Origin: Eubacteriales bacterium
GTDB taxonomy: Bacteria; Bacillota; Clostridia; Oscillospirales; QAKW01
Assembly (NCBI GenBank): GCA_045541555.1
Contig: JAZQJH010000059.1
Location: 16,641 to 80,640, forward strand
Length of the DNA: 64,000 nucleotides
Reading direction: 5' to 3'
Shown: piece by piece, positions 1 through 7,718 of the stretch
How positions within the stretch are numbered: the first letter of the stretch is position 1
Layout of the letters: each line of letters opens with the position of its first letter
Program-made: the position numbers and the translations under genes
Notes under the pieces: model-generated
Told to the model about the DNA's origin: nothing
Database searches by the model: none
What the model saw: the letters and a program-made list of their open reading frames with translations, nothing else

Positions 1-750
1 CATCAGATTGACGACCAGCGAAAGCATGGCGTTTTCCGCCTGCATATTCTTCGCAAGATTAAGGGAATATACCCCCTCATCGGTGGTGATCTTTTTAGAA
101 TAGACCAGTAACGTATCGGTTTGATAACGGTGGGTGAATGGCTCTTCCCAGTTTTGGTTATAGGGCAGTTTTCCGGCAAACTCCGAAAGACCGCAGGAAT
201 AGACCTCCGTCCCGTCCTCCCGATAAAGGGAGACGTTTACCGCATCCTCCGCCGCCATACGCTCGGCGATCTCCCGACGTAAGCCGCCGGCTTCTAAAGT
301 GCCGGCCAGCGTCAAAATTTCATTGGTAGCACGCCGATCCACCGTATAATGGGCGGCGGCGGTGACGAACATACTTTGCAATAAAGCAAATGCCAAAAAG
401 ATCAGCACGTAGCTCAGCGTCAGACTGCCGACTAATGATTCCGGCGCGTGCTCAGTAACGATCCGGGTAATACTGCCCAGTTCTTCCCGCAGTTTTTTCT
501 TCAAAATATCGCGCTTTTCCAGATAGATCGCCTTTTGCAGATAAGCCTCTTTTTTAAATTCCCGCTTTTCCGCGCGGATCGCCTTTTGCGCCGCCTTCCG
601 GTTCTCTTTGGTTGCAGATTTCTTCTGAAATTTCAGCTCCGCCTTGCGGATCTTATGGGCATATTTCCGCTGGGTCTTGCCGCCCTTATAATCCAGCTTT
701 AATTCTTTTTTTCGGCGTTTATACGCCACCTTCAGTTCCTGCTTATTCAT
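1..750 (-). CDS. sensor histidine kinase, N-terminal part only (gene runs off the left edge)
   Basis: Absent from the ORF track because no stop lies in the window. The reverse-strand ATG at 750-748 overlaps the response-regulator stop and reads open for exactly 250 codons to position 1. The product has a Lys/Arg-rich N-terminus, then a hydrophobic helix (LTLSYVLIFLAFALLQSMFVTAAA) and a soluble segment. Kinase identity is inferred from its position downstream of an OmpR-type regulator; the catalytic domains lie outside the window. Confidence 0.55.
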   Translation of the reverse strand, partial: MNKQELKVAYKRRKKELKLDYKGGKTQRKYAHKIRKAELKFQKKSATKENRKAAQKAIRAEKREFKKEAYLQKAIYLEKRDILKKKLREELGSITRIVTEHAPESLVGSLTLSYVLIFLAFALLQSMFVTAAAHYTVDRRATNEILTLAGTLEAGGLRREIAERMAAEDAVNVSLYREDGTEVYSCGLSEFAGKLPYNQNWEEPFTHRYQTDTLLVYSKKITTDEGVYSLNLAKNMQAENAMLSLVVNLM

Positions 751-1426
751 CGTCGGCTCCAAAGGCGTAGCCCATTCCCCGGACGGTGCGGATATAATGC
801 ACGCCAAAACGATCGTCGATCTTGCTTCTCAAATAGCGGATATATACATCGATCAAGTTGGTATCACCCATGTAATCATAGCCCCATACCTCACGCAGGA
901 TCTGCTCTCTTGAGCAGACCGCGCCGGGATGCTCCATGAAATAGATCAACAGTTCAAATTCTTTCCGGGTCAAGGTCAGCTCTTCCTCGCCGAAAAAGGC
1001 ACGAAATGCCAATCTGTCTGCCCGAAGCTTTCCGGCAGAAAGGACGGTCTCCTCCCCGGATGGCTGGCGATGGCGCAGCGCAGTACGGACACGGGCGGCT
1101 AACTCCTGCATGGAGAAGGGCTTGACCATATAATCGTCTGCCCCCAGATCCAAGCCCTGGACCCGATCTTCCACCTCGCCCCGGGCGGTCAGCATGATCA
1201 CCGCCACCCCAGACTGACGGCGCAGCCGTTCCAATACCGCAAAGCCATCCAGCTTGGGCAGCATCACGTCCAGCAATACCAGATCGTAGCCGCCGCTTAA
1301 AGCCATAGCCAGTCCTGCTTCCCCGTCGTGGGCGCAGGCGCAGAGATAGCCCTCACGCTCCAGCTCCAGCTGAATCATACGCGCAATATGCAATTCATCT
1401 TCGATGATCAAAATTTTTTCTGCCAT
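743..1426 (-). CDS. OmpR/PhoB-family response regulator (receiver plus winged-helix)
   Basis: 227 aa. The receiver domain shows ILIIEDE...DLVLLDVMLPKLDG...MLTA. The C-terminal winged helix shows LTRKEFELLIYFMEHPG...VWGYDY...IRTVRGMGY. Confidence 0.92.
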   Translation of the reverse strand: MAEKILIIEDELHIARMIQLELEREGYLCACAHDGEAGLAMALSGGYDLVLLDVMLPKLDGFAVLERLRRQSGVAVIMLTARGEVEDRVQGLDLGADDYMVKPFSMQELAARVRTALRHRQPSGEETVLSAGKLRADRLAFRAFFGEEELTLTRKEFELLIYFMEHPGAVCSREQILREVWGYDYMGDTNLIDVYIRYLRSKIDDRFGVHYIRTVRGMGYAFGADDE

Positions 1427-1500
1427 AAAAAGCCATCCTTATTAATCATTATTATTATTCTAACATATTTTTTTACCAATGACAACCCATGCATTATGGA

Positions 1501-1529
1501 TTGATTTTTTAGAATATCTGTGGTAGAAT
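1501..1529 (+). promoter_or_regulatory. sigma-70-type promoter (TTGATT-17-TAGAAT with a TG extension)
   Basis: TTGATT at 1501-1506, a 17-nt spacer ending in TGG, and TAGAAT at 1524-1529. It lies about 30 nt upstream of the RBS AAGGAG of the DUF1292 gene. Confidence 0.5.
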
Positions 1530-1561
1530 ACATATTGAAAATAAATAAGGAGACTATAAAT

Positions 1562-1861
1562 ATGGCAAGCGAATACGGAAATGATTTTATCGTCCTGACC
1601 GATGAAGACGGCCGGGAGCTGGAATTTGAAGTCCTGGGCAAGATTGAGCAGGACGGCATCTCCTACGTGGGTCTGATCGAGCAGTTCGACGATCCCCAGG
1701 AGCAGCTGGAGAGTGACGGTCAGTTGGTCGTCCTCAAGGCCATCGAAGATGATAACGGCGAGGAATTGCTGGTCACCATCGATAACGAAGAACTGGCGCG
1801 CGTCCTCCCTGCCTTTGAAGAGGCGCTGGGCGAGGAATACGACATCGACGAAGAAGAATAA
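1562..1861 (+). CDS. DUF1292-family small acidic protein
   Basis: The track ORF 1520..1861 is trimmed to the ATG at 1562, which is preceded by AAGGAGAC. The sequence (FIVLTDEDGRELEFEVLGKIEQDGISYVGL...LVVLKAIEDDNGEELLVTIDNEE) matches the DUF1292 pattern. Confidence 0.8.
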   Translation: MASEYGNDFIVLTDEDGRELEFEVLGKIEQDGISYVGLIEQFDDPQEQLESDGQLVVLKAIEDDNGEELLVTIDNEELARVLPAFEEALGEEYDIDEEE

Positions 1862-1865
1862 CAAA

Positions 1866-2054
1866 CACCCTGCGGTGTGCGTAATCTACACTACTTTGAG
1901 CCTACAATTTTGAATCGGGAATGCGTTCGGGCGCTGTGAGCATGCCGGCCCTGAGTTTTTACTCAACGTCGGAAGCCTGTGAAGCCAACCCGGCTACTAC
2001 CCACCTGACAACGTCAGGGATCAACTGTGTGTAAATTACGGCATCTGCGGGGCA
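1866..2054 (+). ncRNA. ssrS: 6S RNA
   Basis: The 256-nt gap has no ORF. Positions 1868-1903 pair with 2017-2052 in a long interrupted closing helix. Interior strands flank an apical hairpin (UGAGU-UUUU-ACUCA). The core GUGAGCAUGCCGG...UCGGAAGCC and the 5' UGAGCC..AUUU resemble the E. coli ssrS core as I recall it (GUGAGCAUGCUCGG...CCGAGAAGCC). Ends are approximate. Confidence 0.72.
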
Positions 2055-2093
2055 TTGTTTTTTTGAGGAGGATCCTCAAAAAAACAATGCCCC
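2049..2093 (+). terminator. perfect 21-bp hairpin after the 6S RNA (possible terminator or processing element)
   Basis: GGGGCATTGTTTTTTTGAGGA, a GGA loop, then TCCTCAAAAAAACAATGCCCC. The 5' arm shares GGGG with the 6S closing stem. No 3' U-tract follows the hairpin; the U7 run lies inside the 5' arm. Confidence 0.35.
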
Positions 2094-2117
2094 GTTCGTC
2101 ATATAGGAGATTATTTT

Positions 2118-2840
2118 ATGGAACGATTTATCAGAACTGAAGCGTTGGTCGGAGCGGAAGGGCTTGCAGCGCTCCAAAACGCACATATCGCGGTGGTCGG
2201 ACTTGGCGGCGTGGGCGGTGCGGCACTGGAGGGCTTGGTGCGCGCCGGCATCGGCCGCATCACCGCCATCGACGGCGATACCCTCTCAAAAACCAATTGC
2301 AACCGTCAGCTTTTAGCCCTCTCCACCAATATCGGTCAAAGCAAGGTGGAGGCCGCCCGGGAGCGGATGTGCGCCATCCATCCGGGGCTTCAATTTACCG
2401 GGCACACCGCGTGGGTACAGGCAGAAACGGCAGAAACCCTCCTCCCCAAGGATGCGGATTTTATCGTGGACTGCATCGACGATGCCCCGGCAAAGCTTTT
2501 ACTGGCGGAATTCTGCCGTCAGCACCAAATCCCCCTCATCATGTGTATGGGAACGGGAAACCGCCTCTCCTCTGCCGGTTTGCAGACTGCTAATTTTGAC
2601 CGCACCGCCGGATGCCCTTTGGCAAAAAAAATGCGGCTTCTTTTGAAAAAATCCAGATTTCGCAAGGTGCGGTGCCTATATTCTAATTCTCCGGTCGCCC
2701 CGGCCTTCCCGGTGGAAGACGGCGGAAAACGGACGGTGGGCTCCATCTCCTACGTCCCGACTATCGCCGGAATGAAGCTGGCGGAGCATATCGTCTGCCG
2801 GCTCTTAAATCACGAAACTGAAATGGATATTCCAAAATAA
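2118..2840 (+). CDS. tcdA: ThiF/HesA-family tRNA threonylcarbamoyladenosine dehydratase (TcdA-like)
   Basis: 240 aa. It shows a Rossmann motif VVGLGGVGG, DGDTLSKTNCNRQ and FIVDCIDD, with typical TcdA/CsdL length and layout. Confidence 0.8.
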   Translation: MERFIRTEALVGAEGLAALQNAHIAVVGLGGVGGAALEGLVRAGIGRITAIDGDTLSKTNCNRQLLALSTNIGQSKVEAARERMCAIHPGLQFTGHTAWVQAETAETLLPKDADFIVDCIDDAPAKLLLAEFCRQHQIPLIMCMGTGNRLSSAGLQTANFDRTAGCPLAKKMRLLLKKSRFRKVRCLYSNSPVAPAFPVEDGGKRTVGSISYVPTIAGMKLAEHIVCRLLNHETEMDIPK

Positions 2841-2897
2841 AAATCCCCCGTTGAGGCACACTTCGCAAGGAAATGTGCCTCAACGGGGGATTTTTTG
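2841..2897. terminator. bidirectional intrinsic terminator between convergent genes
   Basis: AAAATCCCCCGTTGAGGCACA, a loop, then TGTGCCTCAACGGGGGATTTTTT. A/T runs lie on both sides. Confidence 0.8.
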
Positions 2898-2900
2898 GTT

Positions 2901-4049
2901 TTATTTTCCTAATAATTTTGCTAAAAAGGGGCGATGCACCTTCAAGGCGCCCTTGGGGCAGAACTCCTGGCAGCAGAAGCAACGGATACATTTTTTGCGG
3001 TCGATCCGCGGCTTTTTCTCCACCATGGTGATGGCATCCGCCGGGCAGACCTTTTCGCATTCCCGGCACCCCACGCACTCCGGGGGCGTGAGAACGGGGC
3101 GAGAGGCCAGCGCGCGGTCGATAAAGGCGGCAGTCAGCTTGCCGAAGAATTTTTCCGACTCCCGATTAAAGCGCAGGCTTCGTACCGTTTCCACCTTTTG
3201 ATAGTCGGGGATGATAAATTGCCGCCAATCCTCGCCGACGGTCTCCAAAGCTTCCGGGCTTTCGGGGATCAAGCCCCGGCGAATGGCGGCAGCCAAGGTG
3301 GGCACCTCCTGGGGCGTCAGTCCGATCACCGCACTGCCGATCAGATCGGCGGCGTGGGGATTTTTCGATGCAATCAGCATCCCCACCGGGCGGGGCGTAC
3401 CAGCGGTGGGGCCGTTGCCCTCCATGCCCACCACGCCGTCGATGATGGAAAGGCAGGGCTTAAAATATTCATCCAGATCCACGATCATATCCGCAAACTG
3501 CGCCGGCTCCGGAAAGCGATAATGATATTCCGGCTTGACCGTCCCGGGGACGGCGCCAAACATATTCTTCGCCGCGGCGCTCATGCTCATCATACCGTGG
3601 GTTTTTAATTTACAAAAATTGATAATTGCATCGCATTCGTCCAGCCAACCGGTATAGGTGAAGGCCTTAGCGGCGCGTGCTTCCGGAAATTCCGCCTCTT
3701 TGACGGAAAAGTCATGGTTCAGTTCGGCACCGGCCGCCACCGCGTCTTTCATCCCGGTCACCGCATACACCCGATCTAAATAAACCTTATTATAGATACC
3801 GCCGGGGCTATCGCCGATGATCACGCGCGCTCCGCGCTCCTTCAAAAGACGCACCAGCCCCATCACCAGAGACGGATGGGTAGTGGCCGCCGCTTCCGGC
3901 TTAATAAAGGTGATGAGATTGACCTTCAGCCCCACCACCATGCCGGGCGTCACCCAATCCAGTCCGCCCAGGGGTTCCAGTAACGACGCTAACGCCGCCT
4001 GAACCTCTGCTTCTTCATAGCTTCTGCATTCTGCAATAGATACCCTCAT
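2901..4049 (-). CDS. DUF362 domain protein with a C-terminal 2x[4Fe-4S] ferredoxin domain
   Basis: 382 aa. The N-terminal region is DUF362-like. The C-terminus carries CVGCRECEKVCP and CIRCFCCQEFCP cluster motifs. Confidence 0.8.
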   Translation of the reverse strand: MRVSIAECRSYEEAEVQAALASLLEPLGGLDWVTPGMVVGLKVNLITFIKPEAAATTHPSLVMGLVRLLKERGARVIIGDSPGGIYNKVYLDRVYAVTGMKDAVAAGAELNHDFSVKEAEFPEARAAKAFTYTGWLDECDAIINFCKLKTHGMMSMSAAAKNMFGAVPGTVKPEYHYRFPEPAQFADMIVDLDEYFKPCLSIIDGVVGMEGNGPTAGTPRPVGMLIASKNPHAADLIGSAVIGLTPQEVPTLAAAIRRGLIPESPEALETVGEDWRQFIIPDYQKVETVRSLRFNRESEKFFGKLTAAFIDRALASRPVLTPPECVGCRECEKVCPADAITMVEKKPRIDRKKCIRCFCCQEFCPKGALKVHRPFLAKLLGK

Positions 4050-4068
4050 TTTATTCTCCCATACTTTT

Positions 4069-4108
4069 CAAAAACTGCGGAATATCCGAAAGACATTCCG
4101 CAGTTTTT
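4069..4108 (-). terminator. intrinsic terminator after the DUF523 gene
   Basis: AAAAACTGCGGAAT, a loop, then ATTCCGCAGTTTTTT. A U-tract is present on the reverse strand as well. Confidence 0.75.
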
Positions 4109-4111
4109 TCT

Positions 4112-4528
4112 TTATAAATCTTCTTCGGTCAAGACTTCAATTCCATGGGCACTTAAAAGTGCGGCGGTGATGCCGTCGCCGGAAATAAGCGTCCGGGTAA
4201 AGCTCCCGTCGTAGACGGCGCCCTTTCCGCAGGAAGGACTCTTGGCCTTGAGAATCGCCTTGGTGATCCCCAGCATTTTGCAAAGCCGCAGGGCTTCCTC
4301 CGCGCCCTTACGGTACTGCTCCGTCACGTTCTGCCCCTCGGCATTGATCACCGCATCCCCCCGGATCTCGGCCGGCGGACGCGGAGTCGAAAGACCACCC
4401 ATACATTCCGGGCAGAAAGGGATCAAATCAAAGCTTTCGGTCAATTCCAACGCCTTTTGGCAGGGCTTGGAACGGCCGTCGTAGCGGCAAGCCTGCCCCA
4501 AAAGGCAAGCGCTGATCAAAGCCTTCAT
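4112..4528 (-). CDS. DUF523 (TudS-like) Cys-rich protein
   Basis: The start is trimmed to MKALISACLLGQACRYDG, the typical DUF523 N-terminus. That ATG lies 1 nt after the upstream stop (TAAAATG). Confidence 0.8.
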   Translation of the reverse strand: MKALISACLLGQACRYDGRSKPCQKALELTESFDLIPFCPECMGGLSTPRPPAEIRGDAVINAEGQNVTEQYRKGAEEALRLCKMLGITKAILKAKSPSCGKGAVYDGSFTRTLISGDGITAALLSAHGIEVLTEEDL

Positions 4529-4529
4529 T

Positions 4530-5597
4530 TTATTTTGCCTTGGCATTTTCGTGAACCAGGTCTACTGCATAATCCAGAATAGCCTGATCTGCCACGACCT
4601 CTTCGCCTACTGCATTGATATACTCATCCGCTGCGCTATAGCCGTATTTCGCGGCGTACTCCTCGGCAACCGCATCCAAGATCTCATCAGTCATGGTATA
4701 GCCCTCGGCCTTGGCGATGGCATAGGCGGTCAGCTGGCTTTTAACAATATTTTCGCCATAGGACTGCGCCTGCTGCTCAAAGATCTCCATGGTCATATTC
4801 TGCTTCTTCACAAAATCCTCCAGAGAGGTGAAAGAATTCTGCTTGGCGACGGCCTCATAATAGTCCGTAAACTCCTTAACGGAATTCTTCACCAGCTTCT
4901 CGGGCAATTTCTCTTCGAATTTCACATTGGCAAGGACGGTGTTCCAAAGGGTATTGGTATCGCTTTCCTCGGCGGTTGCCTTTTTCTCGTTCTCTAAGCT
5001 CGTCCGGAGGTTGGCCATATAATCCTTGGCGGTCTTCACCTCTTCGTCCAGCTCGTTCGCAATATCGTCGGTCAGTTCCGGATAGCTGGTGCGCTCTTCC
5101 ACGTAGTTGATCTTCACTTCGAAGACAACGGCGGCACCGTTCAGCTCCTCGTTGCCGTAATTTTCGGGGAAGGTCAGATTCAGCTTGACTTCAGAGCCGA
5201 CCGCTTTACCCACCAAGCCCTCTTCAAAGCCATCAATAAACTGACCGCTGCCGATGGTCAGGGACTGATCCTCAGCAGTACCGCCGGAAAAAGCGACACC
5301 GTCCTTCAATCCTTTATAATCGATATTCAATTTATCGCCGATCTGAACGGTTCCCTCTTTGATCTCGAGGTTTTTCTCGATTTTAGCATAACCCTTGTCG
5401 TCCAAAGCATCATTGAGTGCAACCGTCACTTCGTAATCCGTCACCGCGGTGGCTGTCGGGGTATAGGAAATGCCTTTATACTCTCCCAGCGTCAGATATT
5501 TTTCCGTTTTTACTTCCGCAAAGGTAGCAGGCCCACCGCAGGCAGTCAGGGTCAAGAGCATCGCCAGCAGCAGGGCGAAAATGGCCGTCTTTTTCAT
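4530..5597 (-). CDS. lipoprotein with trigger-factor-like FKBP PPIase and C-terminal chaperone arm
   Basis: Signal peptide plus lipobox (LLTLTAC). An FKBP-type block follows (DYKGLKDGVAFSGGTAEDQSLTIGSGQFIDGFEEGLVG...FEVKINYV), then a helical region like the trigger-factor C-domain. No ribosome-binding N-domain is present. Confidence 0.75.
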   Translation of the reverse strand: MKKTAIFALLLAMLLTLTACGGPATFAEVKTEKYLTLGEYKGISYTPTATAVTDYEVTVALNDALDDKGYAKIEKNLEIKEGTVQIGDKLNIDYKGLKDGVAFSGGTAEDQSLTIGSGQFIDGFEEGLVGKAVGSEVKLNLTFPENYGNEELNGAAVVFEVKINYVEERTSYPELTDDIANELDEEVKTAKDYMANLRTSLENEKKATAEESDTNTLWNTVLANVKFEEKLPEKLVKNSVKEFTDYYEAVAKQNSFTSLEDFVKKQNMTMEIFEQQAQSYGENIVKSQLTAYAIAKAEGYTMTDEILDAVAEEYAAKYGYSAADEYINAVGEEVVADQAILDYAVDLVHENAKAK

Positions 5598-6325
5598 GAA
5601 TTCAATTCTCCTTTTAATTCGTTTACAGTCTTTTGCAGGAGCTGGCGAACCTGTTCCGGCAATTCCTTTTGTTGTTCCTTCGTCAAGCCCTCGGTGGGGA
5701 TGGGCGGCAGAACCTGCACGAGCACCCGATCGCTCCGCAGTTTTTTACCGTTGCCCTCAAAAAGCTTATAGGTTCCTTCGATGGCCACCGGCAGGATGGG
5801 GGCTTCCGCCTTAGTCGCCATCATAAAGGCACCGCCTTTAAAATCCAAAAGCTCGCCGCCATTATTCCGGGTTCCCTCCGGCGCGATGGTGACGTTGATC
5901 CCTTTTTTCAAAAGCTCTGCCCCTTTCTTGATGCAGAGCATCCCGGCGCGGGGAGAAGACCGATCAATGAAAATACAATGCCCGGCTTTCATCCAGGAGC
6001 TAATGCCCGGCGCCTTTTCCAATTCTTTTTTGGCAACCATGGACTGGGTATTGGGCATATGCCCGATCAGGACAAAGGCATCCAACAAGCTTTGATGGTT
6101 ATACGCCGTCAGGGTGGCGCAGTCCGGTATATTTTCCAAGCCGCGCACCTCCAGCTTCATCCCCATGACCTTGATACACCGCCGGCAAAAGCCGACGATC
6201 TTCTTTCGGCAATAGTTCTCATGCTTTTGGGGATCCTTTTCCAGCAGCTTCGCTTTTAATAACGCAGGCAGATTTACAACAAGATAGCCTGCCACGTAGA
6301 TGAGCATTCCGATGGTTCGCAGCAT
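5594..6325 (-). CDS. plsC: 1-acyl-sn-glycerol-3-phosphate acyltransferase
   Basis: NHQSLLD (HX4D) and PEGTRN motifs are present. The start is trimmed to MLRTIG, preceded by AAGGAGGGGG. A 4-nt overlap links it to the downstream gene. Confidence 0.85.
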   Translation of the reverse strand: MLRTIGMLIYVAGYLVVNLPALLKAKLLEKDPQKHENYCRKKIVGFCRRCIKVMGMKLEVRGLENIPDCATLTAYNHQSLLDAFVLIGHMPNTQSMVAKKELEKAPGISSWMKAGHCIFIDRSSPRAGMLCIKKGAELLKKGINVTIAPEGTRNNGGELLDFKGGAFMMATKAEAPILPVAIEGTYKLFEGNGKKLRSDRVLVQVLPPIPTEGLTKEQQKELPEQVRQLLQKTVNELKGELNS

Positions 6326-6417
6326 CGTGCCCCCTCCTTTTTTCACATTCGTATTTTAATAGTATAACATAGAAAAGGAAATCCGTCAATGAACGGCATA
6401 TTAAATCTTGATTAGTA

Positions 6418-6446
6418 CTTGCTAATTTAATATATTTTTATTATAA
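6418..6446 (+). promoter_or_regulatory. sigma-70-type promoter of the hom operon (TTGCTA-17-TATAAT)
   Basis: TTGCTA at 6418-6423, an exact 17-nt spacer, and TATAAT at 6441-6446, within an AT-rich intergenic region. Confidence 0.55.
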
Positions 6447-6598
6447 TAGGAAATATCTTTGTTCAAAACAGAAAAAATATGAATTTTACTTGCATTTTTG
6501 AAACGAGTGTGTTATTCTGTTCATGTTACAAAGTCAATTGTCCTCCTATGGTGGACAATTTTGAAAAATGTCTTATCATAAACGACAGGAGCAAAAGA

Positions 6599-7717
6599 AT
6601 GGTAATTGGATTAATGGGCTTCGGTACTGTAGGCGCCGGTGTATATGAGTTGGCAAAGGGGCAGAAGGATCTTGAGATCCGCTATGTCCTGGATCTCCGA
6701 GAGATCGGGATCCCGGAGCTGACCCACCGGGCAGAGGATCTTTGGGAAGATGCCGAAGTAGATACCGTAATTGAAGTATTGGGCGGTCTGCATCCGGCTT
6801 ACGAGTTTGTTTCGGCGGCTCTTCGGGCGGGAAAAAACGTGGTGACTGCCAATAAATATCTGGTAGCAAGCTACTATGACGAACTGTTGGCGCTGGCCAA
6901 GGAGCATGGCTCCACCTTCCGTTGCACCGCCGCAGTAGGCGGCGGCATCGGCTGGCTGACCGCCTTGGAGCGTGTCCGCCGTCTGGAGCCGGTGCTGGCG
7001 GTAGAGGGTATCATGAATGGTACCACCAATTATATTCTGACCAATATGACCGAAAATGGGCTTTCTTTTGATACTGCCCTTTCCGAGGCGCAGGCTCTGG
7101 GCTATGCGGAGGCAGATCCCTCGGCCGATATCGACGGCAAGGACATTATGCACAAGCTTCTCCTATCCGCCAACGTAGCTTTCGATCTCTCCCTCAAGGT
7201 GGAGGAGATCCCCGTATGGGGCATCCGGCATATTACCGACGGTGATATCTGCGCCTTCAAGGAGCACGGTCTCACCTGTAAGATCCTGGGCAAAGCACGC
7301 CGGGACGGCAATCGCATCGCCGCTTACGTAGTTCCTATGGCGCTGCCTCAGTCGCTGACCGCCGCAGTCCCCACCAACTTCAATCTCATCACCTATGAGA
7401 CGGAGTATACCGGAAAAATGAGTTTCTACGGCCAGGGTGCCGGTCGCTATCCCACCGCCGCCAACGTGGTGCAGGATTGCCTGGATATGGTGGCCGGGAA
7501 AGACGCGTTCTATGCGGACGCTTTCGATCCCGCTCCCCTCTCCAATGAGATCGTCTCTTACCGGTTCTATCTCCGCTCCAAAGCGGCGTTGCCGGAGGGC
7601 GAGCGTTGGGGCGCGGGCATTGTGACCGCGCCGATGACTGTCAGCGAGATGGCGGCTCTTTATGCAAAATTAAAAACCGAGGACGAAGCAACCTTCGTAG
7701 CGGCGATCGGAGAATAA
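6599..7717 (+). CDS. hom: homoserine dehydrogenase
   Basis: The track ORF is trimmed to MVIGLMGFGTVGAGV (NAD-binding motif), preceded by AGGAGC. It shows GIMNGTTNYIL and LGYAEADPSADIDGKD motifs. Confidence 0.9.
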   Translation: MVIGLMGFGTVGAGVYELAKGQKDLEIRYVLDLREIGIPELTHRAEDLWEDAEVDTVIEVLGGLHPAYEFVSAALRAGKNVVTANKYLVASYYDELLALAKEHGSTFRCTAAVGGGIGWLTALERVRRLEPVLAVEGIMNGTTNYILTNMTENGLSFDTALSEAQALGYAEADPSADIDGKDIMHKLLLSANVAFDLSLKVEEIPVWGIRHITDGDICAFKEHGLTCKILGKARRDGNRIAAYVVPMALPQSLTAAVPTNFNLITYETEYTGKMSFYGQGAGRYPTAANVVQDCLDMVAGKDAFYADAFDPAPLSNEIVSYRFYLRSKAALPEGERWGAGIVTAPMTVSEMAALYAKLKTEDEATFVAAIGE

Positions 7718-7718
7718 T

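Noticed and set aside
6347-6598. Looked for a lysine riboswitch or T-box upstream of the hom / aspartate kinase operon
   Set aside because: The sequence is AT-rich and lacks the conserved L-box helices or a T-box specifier / AGGGUGGNACC motif as I recall them. Only a small hairpin is present, and it is reported separately at low interest.
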